A stretch of 48,203 bases of DNA from Glaciihabitans sp. (GCA_017882805.1 JADGOT010000254.1:1-48203), one strand, 5' to 3'; numbered from the stretch's first letter, positions 1 to 8,986 are shown. Program-made: numbers and translations. The notes: generated by a model from the letters alone, not told the origin.

Positions 1-16
1 GAGCCGGGGGGCTTTC
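1..16 (+). terminator. Probable 3' arm of an intrinsic terminator hairpin, cut by the window edge
   Basis: GAGCCGGGGGGCTTT is a GC-rich arm followed by Ts. The 5' arm would lie outside the window. Confidence 0.3.
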
Positions 17-205
17 GCATTAACACGGGTTAGCAATACCGGGTCTGGTTTCGTAACGGAACCAAGCGCGGCAGTGTTTCGCTTGAGGTTGGTATCCGGT
101 TGTCTAGGATTCTGGTTCGTCCTCGCGAAGCACTGCCGCTCCGCCCCGCCTCCCCGTTACGTGGCCAATGACCCGGTGTACTGATCGGTCTGGCAGCATG
201 GGCAT

Positions 206-1444
206 ATGACGATGCCGGAACCATCAGCGCCGCGAGCATCGATCGTTTTCGATCCGGCTGATCCCGACTTCAGCGCGCTGGCGTGGAATCCGACCTATTC
301 GGAGACCCGTGCACAGCTAATGACGGACCTCTACGGCCATCGGTATGACGGCGTGCAGATGACGACCATCAACCTGCCGCAGACCTGGCCCCGCTGGGCA
401 ACGCTCGTGTCGACTCTGGTACCCGGCTTCTTTGTGCTCTGCGGCGTCGCTCTTTTCGTGACCAAGACACAGGCGGGAACAGTGTTCGGCCAGATTCTCG
501 TCGTGTTCGCTGGCATCCTTGGCCTCATTGGAATCGGCATCTACGGCATCATTCGCTACCTCGCGCGGATGGGAGCGGAGGGGTACAGCCGAGTCAAGCT
601 GGAACGGTTGGCCGCGAACAACGGGCTGGTCTACAGGCACCGCGCCGTGCCGCCCCGGTACCCAGGGTGCATCTTCACCACCAACACATTCAACGCATAC
701 GTCTATCAGGATTTCTCGACGTCGGGCCCGCGTGCAGTCGATTTCGGGAACTACCATCCGGTGTCGGTGAGCCCGGACGGTCCTGGGGCGACCGTCGCCC
801 CGCCGTCGAGCTCGTCCTGGGGGTTCCTGGCCATCGAATTGCAGCGCGACCTGCCCAACCTGCTTCTGATCTCGAAGGCAGAGCCAGACGGAGTGGTCGC
901 GCTGCCAGTCCACCCCGACCCGAGACTTGCGCTCTCACTCGAGGGAGACTTTGACAGGTACTTCACGCTGTACTGCCCGAAGGAGAGAGAGCGGGACGCG
1001 CTATACGTGATCACGCCCGACCTCATGGCACTTCTCATCGACGAGGCGGCACCGTTCGACGTTGAGATCGTCGACAACTGGATGTTCTTCTACTCCCGAG
1101 CCCCGTTCAACCTCCTGGATGAGGACGTATATCGGCGGCTGTTTAAGATATTGCAGACCATTGGCGACAAGGTAATTCGGCAGACGGGTCAGTACGCGGA
1201 CTCTGTTGTTGCGGCGCCATCGGAGGTTGCGGCGCAGTCGGAGGTTGCGGCGCCATCGCAGGTTGCCGTGGACACGATGTCGGCCTCGGTGCCCGTCGAG
1301 GATCCGCCTCGGCACCTGGCCAACCGATCCGGACTGGGACCGAGCGGCCGCAACCGGCTCGTGGGTACCGTCCTAGTGACGCTGACTTTCACCGTCATGG
1401 TGGTCATCCTCGTTCTGCAGATCACGTACGCGATAAATCATTAA
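206..1444 (+). CDS. Hypothetical membrane protein (DUF3137-like soluble domain between transmembrane segments)
   Basis: 412-aa ORF with two N-terminal hydrophobic helices, an LEGDFDRYFTLYCP..ERDALYVITPDLMALLID motif and a C-terminal TM helix. CAGCAT-6nt-ATG suggests a leaderless start. Confidence 0.75.
   Translation: MTMPEPSAPRASIVFDPADPDFSALAWNPTYSETRAQLMTDLYGHRYDGVQMTTINLPQTWPRWATLVSTLVPGFFVLCGVALFVTKTQAGTVFGQILVVFAGILGLIGIGIYGIIRYLARMGAEGYSRVKLERLAANNGLVYRHRAVPPRYPGCIFTTNTFNAYVYQDFSTSGPRAVDFGNYHPVSVSPDGPGATVAPPSSSSWGFLAIELQRDLPNLLLISKAEPDGVVALPVHPDPRLALSLEGDFDRYFTLYCPKERERDALYVITPDLMALLIDEAAPFDVEIVDNWMFFYSRAPFNLLDEDVYRRLFKILQTIGDKVIRQTGQYADSVVAAPSEVAAQSEVAAPSQVAVDTMSASVPVEDPPRHLANRSGLGPSGRNRLVGTVLVTLTFTVMVVILVLQITYAINH
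1208..1266 (+). repeat. In-frame 18-bp tandem repeat x3 (VAAPSE/VAAQSE/VAAPSQ)
   Basis: gttgcggcgccatcggag gttgcggcgcagtcggag gttgcggcgccatcgcag gttgc. Confidence 0.9.
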
Positions 1445-1460
1445 CCGTCGCCCAGCTCCG

Positions 1461-3686
1461 TCAGGAGAGTGCGGATGTCCCAACCAGGTGCAGGCGCTGA
1501 GTCGGTCGAGTCATGGCGACGTACAGCGCGCCGACGCCGCGGGACGAGCTGGCAATAATCTCGTTGGGTTCGACGACGACGACCGCGTCGAACTCGAGGC
1601 CCTTGGCTTCCTGCGGCGTGAGAACCGCGATCGCACGCCGAAGGCCACGAGCCGATCGGCCAACGTCGTTGCCGAATCTGACCGCAAGCTCGTCGTACTG
1701 GGCGTCGACCAGTCTGGGCGGAGCGATTACGGCGAGGGTTCCACGGGCATCGCTATGCCCCTCTTCTATTGCGCGGTCTTCGTCAACCACATCGACCACC
1801 GCTGAGAGCAGATCTTCCGCAACGATCACGAGCTCGTCGACCGGCCACTCGCTGTCTCGAACGGTACGAGACTTCGTGACGGCGAGGCCGTGCTCGAGCG
1901 CCATGGTTTCCGCAGCATCCGTGATCTGGGCGGGGGTGCGGTAGTTGACCGTGAGCTCCTCGAGGCGGAACTCGGTTGTCAACGCGCGCAGTGCCGTCGC
2001 CCAGTCTGGGGCGGCCGCGGCCGCGCTCGCCTGAGCGACGTCGCCCACGATGGTGAAGGATCGCAGCGGGCAGCGGCGACGAAGTAGGCGCCACTGCATC
2101 GGCGAGAGTTCCTGAGCCTCATCGACCACGATGTGCCCGTAGGTCCACTCGCGGTCGGCGGCGGCGCGTTCCGCTGTTGTGCCACGGGAAGCCGTCTCGG
2201 TGAAACCCGCCGCGAGGTCCTCCGCGTTGACGAGTCCCTCCACGCCCATGTTCTTGATCGCCTGCTCGGCGTTCTTCACGTCGCGCTTGAACTGCGCCTT
2301 GGCCTCGCGCTTCTGTGAGTCGTTGACCGCGTCAAACACCCCCAGGAGTTCGGCGGCCTCGTCGAGCAGAGGAACATCGGAGACCGTAAACGGCGCATCC
2401 CGGTCACGTCGAAGAAGGCCGCGCTCGGACTGCGACCACGTTGGGGTCAGACCCTCGAGCCAGTTCGGTCGCGCATAGAGATCCTGGATCAGCTTCTCGG
2501 GCGTGAGCGGCAGCCAGGCCGTGTTCAGGGCGACGCGCACGTCCTGCGAGCCGCGCACATCCTCGCGGAGCCAGCCAAGGTCCGCGTCGTCGATCGTGCT
2601 GCCGTGTGTTCTCAACTGCGCCGCCAGCTGGCTGGTCAGGGTGCCGAGCACGCTCTTCTGAAACTGCTGGCGGGCTACGTTGTGTGGCTTACGCGAGCGC
2701 TGGGCAGCCTGCAGTGCGTTCTGCACCACGGAGGGCTCGAGCGTGATCTTCTCGCCAAGGACATCCAGAACCTGTGGCTCGGTGGGCACGATCTGGCGCG
2801 ACTTCACCGCATGAGCGATGAGGTCGGCCATGCCTGCCCGGCCCTTGAGAGCCGCGACCTCCGGCGCATCCTCAAGCGTGGTCTCGACCCCCGGAAACAG
2901 CTCGCCGACGCTCGCCAGTACGACGCCGGTCTCACCGAGCGACGGCAGCACGGCTTCGATGTACTGCAGAAAACTCGGGCTGGGGCCGACGATGAGAACA
3001 CCGGATGAGCGCAGCCGGTCGCGATGTGAGTACAGGAGGTAGGCCGCCCGGTGCAGCGCAACGGCGGTCTTGCCGGTGCCCGGGCCGCCCTGCACGACCA
3101 GAACGCCCGCGATCTCGGAGCGGATGATCCGATCCTGCTCAGATTGGATCGTCGCAACGATGTCCGTCATCCGCCCGGTGCGCTCGGCGCGGAGGGCGGC
3201 GAGCAGCGCGCCCTCCCCCTGCAGCTGGGTCTCCTCGTCGGTCAGCAGCGCGGCGTCGAAGACCTCGTCCTCGATGCGAACGACGTTGCGACCCTCGGTC
3301 GTCAGGTGGCGACGGGCGCGCGCGCCAAGCGGCGTGGCTGCCGTCGCCTGATAGAAGGCGCTCGCCTGCGGAACTCGCCAGTCGAGAAGGATGGGCTGCA
3401 GCTCCGCATCACGGAGTCCGATGCGACCGATGTACCGGTGAACGCCGCCGAGCAGGTCGAGTCGACCGAAGACCAGACGGTCCTCGACCTCGCCGAGCTG
3501 GGCGATGCGATCCTCGTAGAGGCGCGCAAAGGCATCACGCTCCGAGCGAGCCTGATGGGTGCCGCCCACCGCTCCGCGTTGCACGCCCTCGAGTTGCTCG
3601 CGGGCGTCATCGCGCAGGACGTCGAGTCGAGAATAGAGCCCGCGAACGTAGTCGCGTTCGCGCTCGATCTCTGTTGACGCTGCCAC
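1461..3686 (-). CDS. helD: HelD-family (UvrD-like) RNA polymerase-recycling ATPase
   Basis: YIGRIGL, LLDWR, IVATIQxEQD, Walker A GGPGTGKT, VVDEAQE, AKGLEFD and LYVAMTR motifs. SD GAGGGG and -10 TAGACT lie upstream. Confidence 0.9.
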   Translation of the reverse strand: MAASTEIERERDYVRGLYSRLDVLRDDAREQLEGVQRGAVGGTHQARSERDAFARLYEDRIAQLGEVEDRLVFGRLDLLGGVHRYIGRIGLRDAELQPILLDWRVPQASAFYQATAATPLGARARRHLTTEGRNVVRIEDEVFDAALLTDEETQLQGEGALLAALRAERTGRMTDIVATIQSEQDRIIRSEIAGVLVVQGGPGTGKTAVALHRAAYLLYSHRDRLRSSGVLIVGPSPSFLQYIEAVLPSLGETGVVLASVGELFPGVETTLEDAPEVAALKGRAGMADLIAHAVKSRQIVPTEPQVLDVLGEKITLEPSVVQNALQAAQRSRKPHNVARQQFQKSVLGTLTSQLAAQLRTHGSTIDDADLGWLREDVRGSQDVRVALNTAWLPLTPEKLIQDLYARPNWLEGLTPTWSQSERGLLRRDRDAPFTVSDVPLLDEAAELLGVFDAVNDSQKREAKAQFKRDVKNAEQAIKNMGVEGLVNAEDLAAGFTETASRGTTAERAAADREWTYGHIVVDEAQELSPMQWRLLRRRCPLRSFTIVGDVAQASAAAAAPDWATALRALTTEFRLEELTVNYRTPAQITDAAETMALEHGLAVTKSRTVRDSEWPVDELVIVAEDLLSAVVDVVDEDRAIEEGHSDARGTLAVIAPPRLVDAQYDELAVRFGNDVGRSARGLRRAIAVLTPQEAKGLEFDAVVVVEPNEIIASSSRGVGALYVAMTRPTQRLHLVGTSALS

Positions 3687-3750
3687 CGATTAGCCCCTCA
3701 AATCCGGCTAACCAGTCTAACGAGGTGGGACGAACGGTGTGCGACGGGAA

Positions 3751-4644
3751 CTATTGCCTGGGCCCCCGCTGAGCAGTCCGCTGGGTCGCGGAGCGATCTG
3801 GCGGCGGCTCAGTAGGGGACTGTCGACCCAAAATCTTCAGCGCGTTGGCGACGCGATCGCCGAGTCCGGGGACGCGCTTGCGCGTAGAGCGCTCGAAACC
3901 GTCCAGGAGCTTCAGGATGTCGAGCCTCTGCCTCGCGTAGACCCGCCGCCAGGCCGCATCCGAACTGAGCGCGAAACGGATGCCGAGAGCGGCGAGGATC
4001 GCGCTCACCACTGGAGCCACGACGGCAGCCCACACGAAGAGCGCTGTCTGCGGACTCGGATGGAACGACTGCGCGATCGAGACGCTCACCAGCACCCCGA
4101 TGCCGACCAGCACCGCCGCGAGGCGCAGAATGCTCGGAGTCGTCAGCAGGAACGCGGTCGGCCGCGCCCGGCTGCGCGTGCGCCGATCAACCCGGGCAAG
4201 CCGACGCTTGAAGCGGTCGAACTGTTTCGGGGTGATGCGTTCGTTCTCATAGTCGCGCATTTCCCGTCGGAGCGCCGAGTACGAGATGTGATCGGTCGCC
4301 GCAACGGCGGCCAGCGTGAGTGTGGCGATACCGACGACGAGCACGGCGAGCCCGAGCAGGAAGAGTGCCGCGAGTTCGGCGGTCCCCAGCCGATAGCTGT
4401 GACCTGGCGACAAATACCTACCCGCCTGGTCGATGCCGATCCCGATGCCGAGCGCGACGAGAGCGGCGACCGGCACGATCCAGAACAGCTCGTTGGTGCG
4501 TTCGCGGGCAATGCGACCCGGAACATCCCGATCCCGCGCCGTGCGCGAATCGAGAAAGACGGTGGCGACATCGCCGAGTTGGAACAGCGCGACGAGAAGC
4601 CAGAACGCCGACACGACGGCCGCGACGGTCCAGGCGGTACTCAC
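3751..4644 (-). CDS. Hypothetical integral membrane protein
   Basis: 297 aa with about 5 hydrophobic helices separated by Arg-rich loops. It starts 12 bp after the upstream gene on the same strand. Confidence 0.7.
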   Translation of the reverse strand: MSTAWTVAAVVSAFWLLVALFQLGDVATVFLDSRTARDRDVPGRIARERTNELFWIVPVAALVALGIGIGIDQAGRYLSPGHSYRLGTAELAALFLLGLAVLVVGIATLTLAAVAATDHISYSALRREMRDYENERITPKQFDRFKRRLARVDRRTRSRARPTAFLLTTPSILRLAAVLVGIGVLVSVSIAQSFHPSPQTALFVWAAVVAPVVSAILAALGIRFALSSDAAWRRVYARQRLDILKLLDGFERSTRKRVPGLGDRVANALKILGRQSPTEPPPDRSATQRTAQRGPRQ

Positions 4645-4656
4645 GATGCGTGCCGC

Positions 4657-5034
4657 CTACTGCTGCTGCGTGGTTGCTGTGGCGACGGTAAGCGAGGCGA
4701 ACTGCACCAAAAGCTCACGCAGCTGCGGGTTGAATACGCGCTCGAACTCGGCATGAACGTCGGCTGGGATGCCCTCGGCGTCGCGAGCGAATAGCCGCCC
4801 CCAGCGAATCAGAAGACCCTCGGACTCGGTGACCTCGGGCGAGTCGACATCCGTTCCGGACTGGTGCAGGGACTCGCGGAAGTACGCGGCGCCCTCAAAA
4901 CCATCCGCCTCGTCGAAGACGGTGAACGCCAGCAGCGAGAGGGCTCGCTCGCCGACGTACGGGACGATCTGCTCGCGAAGGGTTTCCCATTCCGGGAACG
5001 GACTCACCTGGTCTGGAGCGCTGGCGTCTGTCAC
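4657..5034 (-). CDS. AhpD/CMD-like helical protein lacking the CxxC motif
   Basis: EWETLREQIVPYVGERALSL, LLIRWGR and LLVQFA patterns recall AhpD-like proteins, but the protein has no Cys. Leaderless TAAACT-6nt-GTG. Confidence 0.65.
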   Translation of the reverse strand: MTDASAPDQVSPFPEWETLREQIVPYVGERALSLLAFTVFDEADGFEGAAYFRESLHQSGTDVDSPEVTESEGLLIRWGRLFARDAEGIPADVHAEFERVFNPQLRELLVQFASLTVATATTQQQ

Positions 5035-5074
5035 CTCGCCAGTTTAGCCAGACGGCGATGCGCCCATTTAATAT

Positions 5075-5173
5075 CTACGCGGCGAGCGTACTGAGTTTTC
5101 GCCTACGCGGCGAGCGTACTGAGTTGTCGCCTACGCGGCGAGCGTACTGAGTTTTCGCCTACGCGGCGAGCGT
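5075..5173. repeat. 28-bp tandem repeat x3 plus a 15-bp partial copy that forms the last five codons of the adjacent gene
   Basis: Unit ctacgcggcgagcgtactgagtt(t/g)tcgc starts at 5075, 5103 and 5131. The partial copy at 5159 begins with the stop codon of the QOR-like gene. Confidence 0.95.
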
Positions 5174-5935
5174 GACATCTTTCGGCACGAGAACGACGGG
5201 CCCAGCGGTTCTGCGCTGCTCGATATCATCCTCGAGGCGCTGTGCGTCAGTGAGGGGGTGGATACTCACATCCAGACCCGTGAAGGCACCCTCACGGATG
5301 AGCTGGAAGACGTCGGCCGCCGCAAGCTGCGCGAGCCCGTGACCGGCTCGCCACCGGCGTGCGGTCACATAGTCCTGGGGAGTTACCAGCACGTCGGAGG
5401 GGTGGGACTCGTCTGAGTCGGTCAGCACGGTTGCACCGAGGTGTCGAACCCAGGCCGCAACGAAGCGGTCGGCACCCGACTCGTCGGACGCGATGCGAAC
5501 ACGGTTTCCGCGACCAATGGCGTGGAGTTGTTTGACGATCGTGCGAGCGATCAGTCCGGCGGGAAGAAGACCAGCGGCATCATCGAACGCCACATCCTTC
5601 GGAATACCAATCAGATCGCGCTCGCTGGCGATCTGCGGGAACGCGGCCCGGTTGCCCGGAACCCGAAGTGCGACACGGTCACCGGCCGCGAATCCAACCG
5701 CTTCCTTGCCGACGGCATCAACGGTTCCCACGGCCTGAACACCGAGGCGGCTGAGCCCTACGGCACCCAGGGTGAGACGAACCTGCCCGAGACCGGGGCG
5801 GGGCATGAGCTGGCGCTGGCGCCGAATCGAGATGGGCCGCTTGGGCTTCGGGACGGCGCTGTTCATCAGCGCTGCGGATTCAATTGTCACGGGCGTGCCG
5901 TTCGTTTCTGTATGGATGAGGTTATGCATTCTCAT
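5159..5935 (-). CDS. Degenerate MDR/quinone oxidoreductase-like protein
   Basis: PRPGLGQVRL, GVQAVGTVDAVG..GFAAGDRVA, IPKDVAFDDAA and a C-terminal GPVVLVP match the zeta-crystallin/QOR layout. I moved the start from TTG 5980 to ATG 5935 because of the promoter just upstream. Confidence 0.75.
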   Translation of the reverse strand: MRMHNLIHTETNGTPVTIESAALMNSAVPKPKRPISIRRQRQLMPRPGLGQVRLTLGAVGLSRLGVQAVGTVDAVGKEAVGFAAGDRVALRVPGNRAAFPQIASERDLIGIPKDVAFDDAAGLLPAGLIARTIVKQLHAIGRGNRVRIASDESGADRFVAAWVRHLGATVLTDSDESHPSDVLVTPQDYVTARRWRAGHGLAQLAAADVFQLIREGAFTGLDVSIHPLTDAQRLEDDIEQRRTAGPVVLVPKDVTLAA

Positions 5936-5942
5936 CGGGTGA

Positions 5943-5975
5943 AACGTAGATACGGGAATGGGTATTCCCGTATCT
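5943..5975 (-). promoter_or_regulatory. SigH/SigR-type promoter (GGAAT-N18-GTT) overlapping a perfect 12-bp inverted repeat
   Basis: Minus strand GGAAT(5968-5964)-N18-GTT(5945-5943)-7nt-ATG. The inverted repeat AGATACGGGAAT-gggt-ATTCCCGTATCT spans 5948-5975. Confidence 0.65.
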
Positions 5976-5980
5976 GCCAA

Positions 5981-7345
5981 TTAGAAAATCTTGCCTGGAT
6001 TCAGGATGTTCTGCGGGTCGAACACGCGCTTGAGTTCGCGCTGCAGGTCGACCTGATCGTCGCCCAGCTCATCACGCAACCAGCGCCGCTTCAGGATGCC
6101 GACCCCGTGCTCACCCGTGAGCGTTCCGCCGAGTCGGAGGCAAGCCACGAACATCTCGTTCGCGGCATCCCAGACGGCCGACGGCACATCCGGACCCTCG
6201 AACACAAAGTTGGGATGCAGGTTTCCGTCGCCGGCGTGCGCAACGGTCGGGATGACCATTCCGTACTTCTTTTCGATGTCACTGATTGCGGCGAACATCG
6301 CGGGAAGCTGGCTGCGCGGAACCGCGACGTCTTCGATGAGCACGGTTCCCTTTGCCGTCATCGCCGGATGGAACTGGCGGCGAATAGCAAACAGCCGCTC
6401 GCCCTCGGCGTCATCGGTGGTGATCTCGGCGTCGCCGCCGAGCGATCGGATGATGCTGACCGCGGCCTCGGCTTCCTGGGCCGCACCCGCGCCATCCAAT
6501 TGCACCAATAGATAGGAGCCGCGCAACCCCAGGTCGAGACCGAGGAATTCGCCGATACCGGTGAGCGCCGACTGGGCGATCAGTTCCATCGCGGCGGGCC
6601 GGAGTCGTGATGCAGTGATTACGGCGGAGGCCCGCGCCGCCTCCTCGATGCTCGTAAAGTACGCGCCGATGGTCGCCCTCGGACCAGTAGGCAGTGCCCG
6701 GAGCTTCACGGTCGCCTCGACGATGATCCCGAGCGTGCCCTCCGAGCCAATGAGTAGAGCGGTGAGGTCATAGCCCGTGACGCCTTTAACCGTGCGGTGG
6801 CCAAGAGTCATCAGGCGTCCGTCGGCAAGAACGATCTTCATTCCCAGCACGGCCTCGCGGGTCACACCGTACTTGGCGCACAGCAGGCCGCCCGCATTGG
6901 TGGCGATGTTGCCACCCACCGTCGAGATCGCCTTACTCGCCGGATCGGGCGCGAACCAGAGTCCGCGGGGCGCGAGCGCGGCGTTCAGGTCGTCGTTCAG
7001 GATGCCCGGTTGCACGACCGCGAGTTCGTCATCCACATTGATTTCGAGTATCTCGGTCATCGCCAGCGTCGAGAGCACGATCTCGCCCGCGCTGCCGATT
7101 GATCCGCCGGCCAGACCCGTGCCCGCACCGCGCGGGACGACCGGAACGGCGTGCTGCGTCGCGATGCGCATGGTCGTCTGCACGTCTTCGATAGTGCGAG
7201 CAGTGACAACGGCGAGCGGCGGCGCGGCCGAGACCTGGCCGGAGCGATCAGCACGCACCGTTTCCAGATCGTCCGCGGCGAACGAGACAGCCGGACCGAG
7301 AGCAGCTACGAGTTCGTCGCGCACGCTGAGATCGGTCTCAATCAT
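5981..7345 (-). CDS. FAD-linked oxidase, GlcD/D-lactate dehydrogenase family
   Basis: VVPRGAGTGLAGG, PDPAS, STVGGNIATNAGG, GSEGTLG, HAGDGNLH, GEHGVG and FDPQNILNPGK motifs. Leaderless TAAGCT-6nt-ATG. Confidence 0.93.
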   Translation of the reverse strand: MIETDLSVRDELVAALGPAVSFAADDLETVRADRSGQVSAAPPLAVVTARTIEDVQTTMRIATQHAVPVVPRGAGTGLAGGSIGSAGEIVLSTLAMTEILEINVDDELAVVQPGILNDDLNAALAPRGLWFAPDPASKAISTVGGNIATNAGGLLCAKYGVTREAVLGMKIVLADGRLMTLGHRTVKGVTGYDLTALLIGSEGTLGIIVEATVKLRALPTGPRATIGAYFTSIEEAARASAVITASRLRPAAMELIAQSALTGIGEFLGLDLGLRGSYLLVQLDGAGAAQEAEAAVSIIRSLGGDAEITTDDAEGERLFAIRRQFHPAMTAKGTVLIEDVAVPRSQLPAMFAAISDIEKKYGMVIPTVAHAGDGNLHPNFVFEGPDVPSAVWDAANEMFVACLRLGGTLTGEHGVGILKRRWLRDELGDDQVDLQRELKRVFDPQNILNPGKIF

Positions 7346-7427
7346 TCAGCCAGCTTACAATTCGGATCCGGGACGGCTGGGTCGGGTTGCACTCGTCCGC
7401 ATTGTGGTGTCCGATTTCCGCTAGAGC

Positions 7428-7450
7428 TTGTCGGTGGAGCGTGCAATTCT
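7428..7450 (+). promoter_or_regulatory. RecA-NDp/PafBC-type DNA-damage promoter
   Basis: TTGTCGGTG-N8-AATTCT-6nt-ATG, against the consensus tTGTCRgtg-N8-TAnnnT with one mismatch. It lies directly upstream of ada-alkA. Confidence 0.7.
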
Positions 7451-7456
7451 TGAATC

Positions 7457-8977
7457 ATGACCGGCGCGGACACCCTCCTCTCCGACCGCGTCGACCCGCT
7501 ATTCGCGCAACGCTATGGCGCACTGTCGTCGCGCGACTCTCGTTTTGACGGACAGTTCATCGCCGGGGTGCACTCCACGGGGATCTACTGCCGTCCGAGT
7601 TGTCCGGCGATGACGCCTCACGCTCACAATGTCAGCTTCTACCGAACAGCCGCCGCCGCGCACGAGGCGGGGCTGCGCGCCTGCAAACGCTGCCAACCGG
7701 ATGCCGTGCCCGGCTCCCCCGATTGGAACCTGCGCGATGACCTCGCGTCCCGCGCGATGCGTCTCATCTCCGATGGTGTCGTCGAACGCGAAGGCGTGCC
7801 TGGGCTCGCGAACCATCTCGGCTATACGACGAGACACCTGACGCGCGTACTCGCCGCCGAACTCGGGGCGGGGCCACTAGCGCTGGCGCGGGCTCACCGC
7901 GCACAGACCGCGCGCACCCTCCTCGTCGGTACCGACCTCTCGGTCGCCGATGTCGCGTTCGCGGCGGGATTCTCGAGCATTCGACAGTTCAACGACACTG
8001 TTCATGCCGTGTACGAGATGACCCCGTCGGAGATACGGAGTAAATGGCTGCGAAGGGGTTTCGATACGCCCCCGCCTTCGGCAGGAGCTACTCAACCAAC
8101 TACAGGAGCTACTCAACCAACAACGGTTTCGCTGCGACTGCCAGCGCGGGCACCGTTTGACGGTGCCGGGCTCATGCGGTTTCTTGCCGGGCACGCCGTG
8201 CCGGGACTCGAGACGGCGAGTGACGAGCTGTATGAGCGCCCCGTTCGTCTGCCGCACGGCATCGGGCGTGTGGCGATCGAACTCGATCCCTCCGGCACGG
8301 GCATCCGCTGCACTGCTCGACTCGACAGCGTTGCCGATGTGTCGACGCTCGTTTCGCGCGTTCGTCGACTGTTCGATCTCGACGCGGACTCGTTCGCCAT
8401 CGACGAGGCACTCAGTGCGGATCCGACCCTCGCGCCGCTCGTTGCCGCGGTTCCGGGCATCCGCCTTCCGGGTTCACTGGACGCCGAGGAGACCCTGTTT
8501 CGCACGCTGATCGGCCAGCAGATCTCCGTCGCAGCGGCCCGTACGGTGCTCGGACGACTCACTGCCGAACTCGGCACAGACGGACTGTTCCCGACGGCGA
8601 CCCAACTCGCGGAGCACGGCCGTGAAGTGCTTCGTGGTCCCGCGTCCAGAATCGACACCGTCGTCGGAGTCGCTGAGGCTCTCGCCGGCGGCGACCTGAA
8701 ACTCGACCTCTCGACGCCCGTCGACGAATTCGAGGCGAACCTCGTGCGACTCCCGGGGGTCGGCCCGTGGACGGCCGGATACCTCGCCATGCGGGTGCTG
8801 GGCAATCCCGACGTGCTACTGGCCAGCGACCTGGTCATCCAACAGAGCGCTGCCGCCCTGGGCCTCCCCGGCACCCCGAAGGCTCTGGGTGCCTACGGCG
8901 AGCGCTGGGCGCCATGGCGAAGCTACGCCGCACTTCACCTGTGGCGGGCACGACCGATTTCGGGCGCCGCTGGCTAA
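7457..8977 (+). CDS. alkA: Ada-AlkA fusion: Ada Zn-binding domain, AraC HTH and 3-methyladenine DNA glycosylase
   Basis: STGIYCRPSC and RACKRC, AGFSSIRQFND, GQQISV, HhH LPGVGPWTA and WAPWRSYA motifs. Confidence 0.93.
   Translation: MTGADTLLSDRVDPLFAQRYGALSSRDSRFDGQFIAGVHSTGIYCRPSCPAMTPHAHNVSFYRTAAAAHEAGLRACKRCQPDAVPGSPDWNLRDDLASRAMRLISDGVVEREGVPGLANHLGYTTRHLTRVLAAELGAGPLALARAHRAQTARTLLVGTDLSVADVAFAAGFSSIRQFNDTVHAVYEMTPSEIRSKWLRRGFDTPPPSAGATQPTTGATQPTTVSLRLPARAPFDGAGLMRFLAGHAVPGLETASDELYERPVRLPHGIGRVAIELDPSGTGIRCTARLDSVADVSTLVSRVRRLFDLDADSFAIDEALSADPTLAPLVAAVPGIRLPGSLDAEETLFRTLIGQQISVAAARTVLGRLTAELGTDGLFPTATQLAEHGREVLRGPASRIDTVVGVAEALAGGDLKLDLSTPVDEFEANLVRLPGVGPWTAGYLAMRVLGNPDVLLASDLVIQQSAAALGLPGTPKALGAYGERWAPWRSYAALHLWRARPISGAAG
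8082..8123 (+). repeat. In-frame 21-bp duplication (GATQPTT x2) in the interdomain linker
   Basis: caggagctactcaaccaacta caggagctactcaaccaacaa. Confidence 0.9.
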
Positions 8978-8986
8978 CATCAGAGG

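Noticed and set aside
3687-3750. Rifamycin-associated element making helD a HelR resistance gene
   Set aside because: I see no long inverted repeat upstream, so the gene is treated as housekeeping HelD.
3739-4794. 351-aa plus-strand ORF
   Set aside because: It is an Arg/Asp/Glu-rich antisense read of the minus-strand membrane gene, which fits the local gene orientation.
5075-5173. CRISPR array
   Set aside because: The 13-bp intervening segments are near-identical rather than unique spacers, and there are no cas genes. It is a tandem repeat.
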